NCBI RefSeq assembly: GCF_009914755.1
Contig: NC_060930.1
DNA from: the human T2T-CHM13v2.0 reference genome, Homo sapiens
Reading direction: 5' to 3' (one strand)
Length of the DNA: 64,000 nt
Part shown: one piece after another, positions 14,417 through 28,900 of the stretch
Layout: each line of letters begins with the position of its first letter
How positions within the stretch are numbered: position 1 is the stretch's first letter
Program-made: the position numbers and the translations under genes
The notes under the pieces: model-generated
Databases searched by the model: none
What the model saw: the letters and a program-made list of their open reading frames with translations, nothing else
What the model was told of the DNA's origin: nothing

Positions 14417-17400
14417 GAATCTCTAGATTGATCAGATCTCCAGGACACACACAGACCCTGGGAGCCAGCTATAGAGGCAAATTTTTATTAACTTCCAGGT
14501 ATCAAATAAGCAACAACATCAGTCGCTATTCATGGATTACTTCATTTAAGCCTCATAACTGATAAGGATCATTATGCTTTCTTTACAGATGGGGAAACTG
14601 AGGCATAGACAGCTTAGTAGCTTACCCAAGGTCATAGGAAGAGAGCTGGGATTTGAAACCAAGGAGACAGATTCCAGGGCTCACATTCATAACCGTTGTG
14701 CCAAATAACCAAAGGCTTTCTAATCTTGGGCCCTGAGTTTACCACAGTCAGTAAAAATAATTGTTTGGGAGTATAGTATACTCTACCTGAAGCAGGGGCC
14801 TGAAACTGTCCATCCCCAGTGTCATTTGCCTTCAGTGGAGACTTGGCCCCGTGGTGGCCCTGTGCTCTGACTCAGATGTGCACCTGTGCCAGGCAGCTTT
14901 GCTTAGCTAGCTGAGCCCTAGGATGGGCACAGCAGGTGCAGGATCCTCCCCTAGGCACAGAGCAGAAGAAGGCTCTGTGGTAGGGGAGTGGTAGGCCCCT
15001 TCATGAGGAGGAAGGCAAGTGGAAACAAGTGTTCCTGGGAGCCAGAGGTGGCAACTCATAATCTTCCCTGAAACATTGGCCCCTCTACCCCAGCTGCCCA
15101 TCCTGAAACCCCCTGGAGTTCTCACCTGCCAGCCCCTCTGCCTGCCCTACTGTTCTGGGCCCACCAGCAGGTGTCACTCAGATGCCCAGGGCAGAGCCTC
15201 CCCAGAGCCTCCTCTCCTGGAGCCCTGAGAGCGGGTGCAGTGGGGAGGGACTTGACTTTAACTGGCGACCATGGAGTGAAGAATATGCTGGAGAAAGCCA
15301 CTGTCTGCATTTCTCCCTCCTCCCTGTGCTCCTCTCCTCCTCCTTTTCCTCCTCCTCTTTCTCTCTGTTCTAGAACCTGAATAGTTGGGCCTGGCTGAGG
15401 CAGAGAGATGCATCTACAATTTCCAGGCCACCCAGACTGTTTTCTCACCTCCCCTCTGTTCTAAGTGACTGCTCCCTCCTCATCTCTCCCCACCAAAACC
15501 CACTTCCCCCCACCTCTGGCTTTCTGGAGAACATGAGCAGGCCCCAGGTCAGGGCCTTCCTCAGCTCATGGATCATGTCCCCCAAAAGGGTATTGACCCA
15601 GGGTCAGCCCCAGAACCACATCCCCCAGGAAGGCCTCTTATGCAAGAGGTTTGAGTCCTTTGGACATCTTTACTTCCAGAAAGCAAACAGGAGGGGCCAG
15701 GTGCTACCGCCTTCCGGTGATCATTGTAGCTACTTATTGAGCACCTACTGTGTGCCAAGCAAGTGCAAAGTAGCTTGCTAGGTGCTTCATGCTCCTCCAC
15801 TCCTGCAAGTTAATTCCTCCAACAGTATTTGGCAAGTGCCAGGCACTGCTCTAAGCACATGAGCTACCTTGGTGAACAAGGTTTCTCCATGAGTACATGC
15901 TGCTTATTGTTTGTACCTGACAGGTGGGGGAAACTGAGGCTTAAAATTTGCCCCAAGTGGTGAAGCAGAGATTCTGTTTCAAGGTATCTGACTCCAAAGC
16001 CACACTATCTGCCCTCCATCTCCTTTCCTCTCCACTGGAGTAGAGGGTGCATGGGTCTGACTCAGGGTGGGAATCCCTGCCCTCAAATGCTTACACAGTT
16101 GCTTTGAGAGGGGAGGGATGACGTCTGCACACCTGAGACGTCTCAAGAGGTTTCATCCTCAGTATGTGAGTGACCCTGTGGCCCAGGCTGAGTACCTAGG
16201 GCCCACGGGACACAGAAGACAATGATTTGAGCTGTGTGTCTCATGGGTGAGAGGATGCCTGAAAGTGGGGAGCGTGAGGCCAGGCTTTTCAGGAGTGGGG
16301 GGATCATGAACTTGGGGAGATAAAGGAAGAGTGAAATCTGGATGGGGAATGGGCTGTTCAGAGGCTTGGAGGTGGGAAGGATCCCAAGACAACTGAAGAT
16401 GACAGGCATGATTGAAGGCTGGGAGGGAGTGCCAGGCGCAGGGATGTGCGTGCAGGAGAAGGGTGGGGAGGCCGTGCTGCTTTTGATGGCTGAGGAGGTG
16501 AGACTGGAGCTAATGGGCCATCAGGAATCTCCCAGCAGAGTAATGACAAGATGCAAATGGCGTTGGGAGATGATCCTGACGGCATGGTGTATGGGACCTG
16601 GGAGCTATCACAGGAGCCCCCAGAGGGCCTGGCTTAGGGGGGAAGCTACGTTCAACCAGACTAGCCTTCACTGCCACTTATCCCCAAGTCTTCAAGAGAA
16701 AGTCACACTGAGTCCTTCCCTCCTTCACGCCCCTGCCCAGACTCTCCAGCTCTACCTACACCTCATCAATGCCACAACTTTGTAATACAGGACTGGGGGG
16801 CAACAAGGTTACCTCTCATGGAGGGTCTGACCAAGGAGCAACCTGGAAGAGGATGAGATGGGTGATTTCGAACAAGGGCACAGCCAGGGCTCCAGAAATG
16901 CTGTCGGTGATCTGGGGCAGGGGGCATGGCCTCTGTGGGGGAACCTCAAAGTGGGTGATGCTTGCGTGGCAGCACATGATCCTAGGCCAGCCACAGAGAG
17001 ACTGAACTAGGGAAAAATCCCCCTTTGCCACCCATACCCTCTTACTGCCAGGGGCAGCCTTCCCCTAGCTAGGAGAACCTGGGGTCGACCCAGCTCTTAG
17101 ACAGAGAAGTTACCCCCAAACCCTGTGTGACATGAGTGAAGATTTGGGCGTGGTAGCCCACAAAAATATTCCCCCTCCTCCTCTGTTGGACTCTACAGTT
17201 TCACAATCAGTGTTCTATTCCTTTGGCTTAAGATTTTTGACCCAAGTTATTTTTTTAATGGTGCCACTTTAAGTTGTTATCATGTATCCACACCTTAGTA
17301 TGAATGAGTCAATCTGATCCTTTTCCAGGAGTCGATTTCGTTGTTGATAGAGATGAAGGAAGGCTTTAAAATCCTAGAGTCTAGGACAGTGGGGTGGGGG

Positions 17401-17880
17401 AGACTGGTGAGGGGAGGATCAGGATGCTGGGGCAAAGAAGGGGCAAAGAGAGAAGAGAGGAGGGCACAGAAGGGAGAGGGTGGACGAGCCTGGGAGGGAT
17501 GGGGGCAAATCACTCACTTCGTGATTTGGGGATGGGGTGATCAGAGATAGCCTGAGCAGAGACCGTAGTACAGCCTTTTACCAACTCCCTCTCCCCACTT
17601 GGGTGCCTGGACCCCCTGTTCCTGTGTCTTCATATCTCCTCGATGCAACAGCCTGGAGCGCAAACTTTCTGGGATATGACCCCAGCCTGGCTTCCTATTC
17701 TGCCGTCGCCACCCGCAGCTGGACAGGACAGGGGCTCTTGGCAGATCGGCAGGGGCGCAGTCCTGGAGACCAGGACACTCTGGGAAGGGGGCGCGCGGAG
17801 GTTTAGGATCGAAGCGGCAGGGGCCGCGGGGCTCTGCGTCCAGGGCCGGGGCAAGGGGACCCGGCCAGCGGGAGGCTCAC

Positions 17881-17975
17881 CTGCAGGACACGGTGATCTC
17901 CACCTTGGTGGCCGGGATGCTGCCCGCCAAGGAGTCGAACTCGCTCAGCGACGCCATGTCCTCAGGCTGCTCCAT
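17881..17975 (-). CDS. CPNE5: Copine-5 coding part of exon 1 (MEQPEDMASLSEFDSLAGSIPATKVEITVSC)
   Basis: ATG in strong Kozak context (gcgATGG) at 17975; 95 nt ending TGCAG|gtgag; phase 2 matches exon 2; N-terminus recognised as copine-5. Confidence 0.95.
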
Positions 17976-18610
17976 CGCCCACCGCACCCCCCACCCCAAA
18001 TTAGTCAATCCCTGCGCGATTCACGCCTCCTCCGGAGCGACTGGAGCCCTGGGCTCTCCCCCAACTCCAGAGCCTGGGCTGGGCGGCAAGGGGAGGAGAG
18101 AGGAGCGCGAAGAGGGGGCGTGGGAAGTGAGAGAGGGAAGAGGGCGGAGGGAGCGGGGGCCGCGGATCGAGGAGGGGGCTCGGGTGACGCCGCGAGGAGG
18201 CTAGGGGCCCAGTGGGGAAGGGCAAGGAGCCCAGGGAGCGGGGGCACAGCGGGGAAGGCAGAGAGGGGCGCGGGGAGAGGGGCTCGGGGAGAGGGCACCG
18301 GGAGGGAAACGCGGAGTCGTGGAGAGGGGCACCAGGAGAGGGACGCGCGTCTGTGGGCAGAGGTAGAGGGGATGCAGAAGACAGGGAGAGGGGCGTGAGG
18401 AGCGGGAGGCGCCGGATGGGGCGCTGGCGGCGGGGGTGGCGGGGCGCCGGCAGCGCGGAGCCCGAGCGCCCGGGCTGCGCCGCCTCTCCCTGGGTCTTGG
18501 CGCCGGCGGCGACGGGGCTGAGACGCGGCTGCGAGCGCCACCTCCTCGGCTCGGGCTTCGGCTCCGGGGCGCCCGGGCTGCGGGAAAATCAAATCTGCCC
18601 GAAGCCGCAG
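17976..18610 (-). other. CPNE5: Probable GC-rich 5' UTR of CPNE5 (upstream boundary approximate)
   Basis: Contiguous with the start codon inside the CpG island; no upstream ATG seen on the minus strand in this span; GC boxes lie just upstream. Confidence 0.5.
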
Positions 18611-18687
18611 CCTCCCGCCGCCCGGGAACGCCAGAGGGGGCGCCCGCAGGGGCCGGGGCGGGGCCGCGGGCGGGGTCTGCGCGCAGG

Positions 18688-18736
18688 GTGAGTGTGAGCG
18701 TGTGTGTGTGCGCGTGTGTGTGTGTGTGCGCGCGTG
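18688..18736. repeat. (TG)n/(CG)n alternating purine-pyrimidine tract
   Basis: gtgagtgtgagcgtgtgtgtgtgcgcgtgtgtgtgtgtgtgcgcgcgtg. Confidence 0.9.
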
Positions 18737-20307
18737 GCGGGCCGGGGGACGCGGTCCAGATGCTGGGGACGTGGCGGGTGACAGCAAGAGGTGGTCCTGG
18801 TCGCGCGCATCTTCATTTGCGCCCGCCCCCTCTCACCACCCCTATCTCCCATCAGGGGTCTCCATCCTGGGGGAGGGGGAGGGTTATGGGAACCAACGGG
18901 CGCCTTTTTGAGAAAGGTCTATGCAGGGTTGAGAGGGGGCATAAGTGGGAGGGAGGTGTGCAAAAAAGATCCCCTCCCAGGGGCTTGGGTGTGGAGGGTC
19001 TCTGCTGAGTGTGCGCCCTACTCGGGGGCGGGTCTCAGTTCAGAAACAGACCCTACATCTCCTTCTGGGGAGGTGTGTGGGGGCGACCCCAGTGCCAGGA
19101 GGGACTACCTCGGTTTCCCAGTGGCCCAGGTGGGGTCGGTGCATGGGCGCCTCCCCCATCCGTGGTTCCCGCCAGCCGCGGCCTCGCCAAGTCGGCTGCC
19201 GAAACCACGCGCCAGCGCCCTTCCACTCCCCCGCCCGTCGTGACCACACGACTGAGCCAGCCTCCAGGTCTAGAAGCTCCTGCCACCCAGTCTGGTGGCA
19301 ACCAGACTGGGAGATCGGCCCGAGCTCCCTGGGCTTCTATGCAGCCAGCACCGAGTAGGCGCGTGCTGTGTGCCTGGCGAGCGAGGGGAGAGTTGGGACA
19401 CCTCTCCTGCAGTCCTCTTCCCAGCCAAGCCCCTCGCGATCCCCCGCCCTAGCCCAGCCTTGCCCTCCCGGGCATGAGGTTGCAGCGCAGAGGCGTCTCC
19501 CTGAGTAAGGCTGCACACGTAGACTTGACTCTAGCCCATCCTCAGCCTCAGCCTAAGCTTTGCCGAGCTGGAACCTCCACTTCCTCGCCCACCGCCTGGC
19601 ACATCGAAGCCGATGTGCCTCGGGCCGGCGGGGAGGCCAAAAACCTGGTGCTGGGCTGGGCAGAGTTGCGCTCTCTGGGCCTTGTTTGTGGCAGCGGGAC
19701 CATAAGGGGCTCCTCCGGATTCTGTTTGAAGTCAATTCCTGGAACATCAGATACTGTCAGTCAAAGATAAATACAAGAACACATTCCTCTGCCTGTTACA
19801 ATTTCCCCATGGCTCAGAATCAGCTGGACTGGGTTCTGCCTCCTGGAACAGGCAGCAAGGGACAGAGGCTGTTAATTCCCCTGACAGCCAGGCACAGCTG
19901 GGTCAGGAGGCCCCACTCCAAGGAGAATAATTCTGTCTTCCCTTCCTGAGGATGCAAAACTGAACTCGGAATCTCTATGTTCCCCATCCCCCACATACCT
20001 GGCATAAACAATGCTCAAAGCATGCTTGTGGAATATGTTCTCCATTCATTCCAGGAGTGTTTACTGAGCATCTGCTGTGTGCCTGGCCCAGTGACAGGGC
20101 CTTGGGAAACCTTGTTCATAACAATAATTAGCATCGTTTTATTTTCAAAGATCTGGGCCAGACACCATGCTTACTTTTTTTTTTTGAAATATTAGTCACA
20201 TACCATAAAATTACCATTTTAAGTTGTATAAATCAGCGGTTTGTAGCATATTCACAGGGACCGTGCATGATTTTAAATTCTCAAAATAATTTTATAAGTG
20301 AGATATT

Positions 20308-20352
20308 ATTACTTTTAATAGGAAAAGCTGCAGTTACTTTGCACCAACCTAA
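20308..20352. mobile_element. Half MADE1 (Hsmar1-derived MITE) inside a MIR
   Basis: attacttttaataggaaaagctgcagttactttgcaccaacctaa matches one MADE1 arm. Confidence 0.75.
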
Positions 20353-20619
20353 TATTATCTACATTTAATAAGTAAGGAAGCCAGTGCCCAGAGAGGCTAA
20401 GTAACTTACTCATCATCACCCAGCTGGGGACTGGCATAGTGAGAATGTGAAACAAGGCAGTTGAGACCAAAGCCTGACTCTGAGCAAGAGGCTCCACTCT
20501 CTTTTAGGATAGGGCCAGACGATGGAAAATCATCCATGAAATGAGGCCTTGTTGGGAAAGGCAACAATAGGGAGCCATTGCAGGTTGTTGAGCAGGTGAG
20601 TAGTAAGATTGAAGTTCTA

Positions 20620-22060
<1,441 letters not shown>

Positions 22061-22439
22061 AGGCAAAGAAAGGCAGTCGGGTGTGGGACTGGAGCACACT
22101 GAAGTGGGAAAAGTTAGAGGCTGCAGTGGGCACTGGCAAGGCAGCGGCTGCTACAGATGATGAGCTTCTGCCTGGAGGACAAGGCTGTGCAGGCATTCCT
22201 GGCAGGGGACTAGCATGAGGAAGGGCCAGAGATCTGCGACTGGGGGCTGTAGTGTGGCTGGAGCACAGGGTCAGGGTTGGTGGAGGTAGAATATGAGGCC
22301 AGGAGGCGATGGGCCATGATGCAAGGCCACAGCCTCCGCTGGGCACAGAGGCTTTTCAGAAGGGGACACTGGAGGAGGGGTGGTCTGAAGGACACCCTCC
22401 CGCTGCATGGCCAACCAGAACGTAAAACTTACTGATCAG

Positions 22440-22841
<402 letters not shown>

Positions 22842-24269
22842 TCAAATGAATTGCTGATAGTTCAAAAGCAGCCCCACAGATGTTGCCGTTGGAGGAGTTG
22901 TTTCTTCTTTGAGAGATATGATAGTGCCGAGTAACCCTGGTCACTTGTGATGTCCAGGCAGGCCAGTGCGTGGGCTGGCAGGTGCTGCAGACGTGCCGTC
23001 TGTGCCTGGCAGCCAGATTAGAAACAACCATGGCCCTGGCCCACCCGCCACATAACTACCACTCGTCCCTCTGATTAAGAACGTCAAGCACGGAATGGGC
23101 CATGCCCAGAAGATCTGGAATAATCAGCATCAGCGTTTTGCCTTTGCCATCCAAGACTGCAAACATGCTCTCATCTGACCTAATCCACGGTGTTAATGAC
23201 GGCAGAGCAATTTTGAGAGGCAACTCACAGCATTGATAAGGAGGGGAAAAGCACCACCGGGCTTAGGGGGCAGAGCTCCTCACAGAAGAGACAGCTGCTG
23301 TCCCCTCACCCCTCCCAAAGCACTACTTGTAAATGCTGCCCTCCTCTCCCCGTTTGAGGCTGGGGATGGTGGGAGAAAAGGGCACAGAAGAGCAGAAGCG
23401 GGGTTGTGCAGGGGACAGGAAAGTAGGGCTGCCCATGCTGCACCTAGAACAAACTAGAAAAAGGCATTCTCTACTGTGGGTAAATGCAACCTTGAGTCAG
23501 GCAGGACACAAGGTTTTCTGGACAGAATGTGAGCTGGACTGAGCCCCCACTCACGCCCTTGGCTGGGTGCCCTTGTGCACTAAACACCCTGCACCACTAT
23601 TCATTGTAGCCCCGGGGAGAGAAGGAAAGACAAGGCATGGCAGGAACTGAAACCGTCATCGGAGTAGAGAGGCAGGGGAGATGCAGTGTCTGATTCCTCC
23701 CATTAATAGAAATCCTAGAAGGGGCTTGGTTGGAGACCATCCAGGTAAAACCCCTTCTTTTACTGAAAAGCTTAAAGAGGAAGAGTGATGGAATCAAGGT
23801 CATCCGACTCTTCCCTTGATAAGAAACTCCATGAATAACAGTGAGGCCAGGTACCCAAGAGCAATGAGGACCTGACTCCAAAGGTGTGGCAAGAGGCGAG
23901 CCATGGGACTCTCCATGTCGCCAGTCCCTCATTCCTGCTGGAAGGGTGGCAGCCTCCCTGCTTAATGCCCCACCATCCCAACCAGAGCCCATGTTGCCCC
24001 TCCCTTCCGCCATGTCACAGTGCCAGCTAGCTCAGTCCATGTTGCATCTGGGCAAGAAGCCCCATGGCCCTCCTGCCGCCAGCCCAGTAGCCCTTTCTGC
24101 CCCCAGGATCCACCCCTCCACCCTGCCTGGCCCTGGCATCTGTCTGCAACCTGGTGGGCACCAGCTCCCTGCTCACTTCTCTTGGCCTCCTCTTCCTTCC
24201 AGCCACTCCTGCTTTTCCAAGTAAGGGAGGCCCCCCATGCTTACAGTCTAGATACCAGAACCTTCACAG

Positions 24270-24770
24270 CAACCAGAGGATCCACTTAAAAGCAAGGTCA
24301 GGTCGTGTCGCTCCTCTGCTTAAGACCCTCCCCTGGCTCCCATCTCATTCTACGGAAAAAGGACTTGCTGGGCTTTGGGCTCTGCTCGTGACCTGACTTC
24401 ATCTCCTCTCTCGCCCTGGCACTGACTCCATTCCAGCCACACTGGCCCCTCACTGGCCCTGCAGGCACCTGCCTCAGGGCCTTTCTATTTGCTACTCCCT
24501 CAGCCCGGACCACTCTCCCCTGGGTCCCTGAGGCCCCTCAGGTCTCTGCCTCAATGCCCTCTCCTTGAAGAGGCTTTCCTGGTCACACTACCCAACATAG
24601 TACCACGTTGCTCTCACTCCCCTTACGCGCCTTTATTTTTCTTCATAGCATGATCCTTGCCTGTTTCCCCCACTAGGATAGAAGCTTTCTGCAGGCAAGG
24701 ACTTTGTCTTGTTCATTGTTGCATCCCAAGCCCCTAGGGCAGGGCCTGACACATGGTAGGTGCCCCGTTT
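24270..24770. mobile_element. L2 3' fragment
   Basis: ctcctctgcttaagaccctccc...ccagccacactggcc...gcaggcaaggactttgtcttgttcattg...cctgacacatggtagg. Confidence 0.7.
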
Positions 24771-25065
24771 GTGAGGTGACTATGTCCAAATCCACTGTTG
24801 GCCTCCAAAACAGTGACTCCTTCATGAGGACCCCTGGTGAGCACGTGTCAGTCTCAGACAGGGCCTGAATCTCCCCCACTACACACATTTCTTATCTATC
24901 TCCCCACTCCTAAACATTTATTCAGCATCTGTCATGAATTGAGCTGTTTACTTGTTGTTTGACAACTATCACATTGTGACTTTCTGGGCCCCTGGGCCAA
25001 TACCACAGAGAAGGGAAGGGATTTTTATGTGTTTACTAAGGACTCACCATGCAATAAGCATGTAA

Positions 25066-25901
<836 letters not shown>

Positions 25902-28900
25902 TAATCCTCACAATAAGCTCATTATCCCACTTAACAAAACTGTACTCCTCTGTACCATGTGCTGTGCATAGTTCACCATGAGGGAGAGAGAGAAGAGGGA
26001 GACACAGTCTCCTTAGAAGCTCAGTCCAGTGGGGTTACAGCGTAAATTTTGAGTTTATGTTCTGGGAAATATGTAGGAGAATAATGGGCATTATTTGCTC
26101 CATCTTTTCAGATAAGGACACTAAGGCCCAAAGTAGTTCGGTAATTTAATTTGCCCAAACTCACACAGGTCAGTGGCAGAGACAGGGTGCAAACCTAGAA
26201 CAATGTATGACCAAAGCTGCTGTCTTTGCTCCTTAGGACAGTGCCTCTGCTCCCTGACCTGACTCAGGGGCCTGTCCAGAAGCCTCAGCCTCTGCCATGG
26301 CCCAGGCCCAGATCTGAGCCCCTCACACGTCTGCAGTGCCTAGCCCAGCACCACAAGATCTGTGCCCAGGCTGTGACCCTTCCACTCTTCACTATGTCCA
26401 AGTGTAGACATCCCAGTCTGTAACCTCCCCCACTCCTGCCCTCATACACATTTAACCCAATATTTAGCTTAATATTGTCAGTCATGGGATTAGAGGCCTC
26501 AGTCCTGCAAAGGACTTTAAAGATAATCCAACTCGCCTAGATTTTACAGATCTGGGAACTGAGGTCTAGAGAAGGAAAGACATTCACCCAAAGTTGTTTT
26601 GTTAACAAGCAGTAATTAGAGCAAATAGCTCATAGGCACGCTGATTAGAATCAGTCTCCTGGATCCTTCCTTCCTTCACCTCAGCTACTTCAAGGGGGGA
26701 TGGATTGCCTTGACTTTCTGTCGATTGATAAGCAGAGATGTGCCATCTGTGCCATTTGGCACAAGGAAGACCAAAGTGACCTTTCACCGCCCCACCCTCA
26801 CTACCAGGTATATCCAACTGGAACCAGCCCCATATGGTTGCCCCTGGGCCTTTCTTCCTGCCATTTCCTCTCTGCCCGGCCCAAATCCTAACCATGTTTC
26901 AGGTACCATCTCTTCCAAGAAGCTAGCCTGGATTCTCGCAGTCTAACCGAGTTTCTTTTTCCACTGAACACCCAAGCTCTTCACTTTGGTGGATGTTTCC
27001 CCTTTCTCCCTTGGCAGGGGATGTGTCCTGATGGCAGGGACTGGGCCTTCTTACCCTGGTCCTCCACAGCCTGGCCTTTCCCAGCCTCAGCCTCAGCCTC
27101 CTTCTCTTTCTTTGTGCTGGGTTTAATTTCATTTAAGTACATTACCCGCCAAGCCAGCCAGTCTACTCGTAGGCCTCCTGAACTCTCTCTCTGTCCATTC
27201 AATGTAAACCCATTTCCTCTTGTTTCAGCATCTTGGGAAATGGAAAATGAGTCCTCACATTTCTTCGGATGCTTAAAAGCAAACTAGGTCCCACCCTGAA
27301 GTCTCAGCCTCCCAACACTTGATGCCTTCCTGATTGGCATCAAGGGCGGAGACGGAGCAGCTGATTTTCACGTGGGCGGCCTCTCCTTTCTCTCCTGCTC
27401 CAGCGGCTGTGAGGGTTATCGGCTCAAGCTGCAGGACTCCGCCCCTCCCTCCCTCAGGCCATGTGTGTGGGAGGGGAAGGGAACTGACATTTCACTCCAG
27501 CCCTTAGATTCTTTGTCACCACTGCTCCTTGGCACCTGCCTCCCCTGGCTGTACCTGTACCGGGGCAGCCTGAGAAGCCACCGAGGGTGAAACACTTCTT
27601 TTCTTTTAAGCTCTAAATTCATTTTCATGCCAAGCTGCTTGTATTTGCCTGCCTGGCTGCCGAAGGTAACTGAAATGTGCACAAAATGCCACAAGCCTGG
27701 CTTTGTGCGGAAGCTTAAGTCCCGGTGGCCCTGCCCCCAGGGCTCGCCTGCTCGCTCGCATCTCCAGCAGCCCGCCGAGATTTCCTTGGGTTTTATTAGC
27801 TCTGACCCTACACTGGGAGAGGAACTCATCAGACACACTTCACATCTTGCCTCCTCCACCTCTGGCTAAGAACCGTCGCCCCGATTACGGGAAGTATTTG
27901 TTCCCCAGTTCTCTGATAATTCTGTCAGGAGCCTGCGTAAGGCTCAGGTGTCAGGCTGCAGGAGCTGCTGCTGACAGCCCCTTGGAGGCAGCTGGCCTGC
28001 GGAGGAGGCCGGCGGGGGAGTTTGCAACAGAGTGCCGGGTTCTCTGGTCTCTTCCTCCAGCTTAAAAATGGGGTTAATAATATAACCATACTACCATTCC
28101 TTCCAGAGTTGGTATGAGATTCCAATTAGATGAGGATGTACTGGGAGCTCCCTGGGAGAAAAATACTATTATAAAATCATAGAGGTTTAAACTAGATGCA
28201 GTTAGAATGAGAGTCTGGGCCTCTCATTCTACAGATGGAAAAACTAAGGCTTGGGAAAGGAAGTTACCAAAGTCAAAGTCAGACAGTGACTAGTCCTGGC
28301 TTGAAAACTAGTTTCCATATTTTTTCAGCTGGAGGGAGGAGGGGAAAAAGAACGGCAGGGAAACCATCCCTGTGTGAATTAAGAGTGCAACAGAGGGAAA
28401 GAACAGACTCCTAGCTCAGCCCCGCCAAGGCCCAGACAACTAAGGCGGTGCCTTCATCTATGAAACAGACTCATCTATGAGAGGGGCATTGTGATGCCCT
28501 GTCCACAGCTCTTCAGAGAGGATTAATGGAATAATATGTATAAAGTACCTGGCACGTCGTGAGCTCCCCAAACACAAATTCCTTCCCTTTTCTTATTTGA
28601 TCTTAAACAGCATCACAAATGCTTTCAAAAAGGGAAGCACAAAGGAAACATTTCCTTCGGAGCCGAATGTTGCCCCCAAAATCACGAACTTCGAACTCCC
28701 TTTCCTTTGAGGGCCTTTCTTATACAGTGAAATTGCCACTTGCCCCCGTCAGTGTAATGAGGAAGTAGAAATATGACTTCTCTCTCCTCTCCACTATTTC
28801 TGCTGTATAAGAGCTTCCTCACAGGTATGCAGGGCAGCAGCTCTTAATGGAGCTGTGGCCAGATCCTCACGGAGAGGAAAGCGATTTCTATGAGATTAGC

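Larger units (their letters stand above)
17740..19700. promoter_or_regulatory. CpG island / CPNE5 promoter
   Basis: Very high GC and CpG density; clustered GGGGCGGGG Sp1 boxes around 18650-18676; overlaps the first exon. Confidence 0.9.

Noticed and set aside
17643-19452. Several 140-260 aa ORFs on both strands
   Set aside because: Stop-poor GC-rich CpG island; low-complexity G/R/P/A translations; only 17881-17975 is supported as coding
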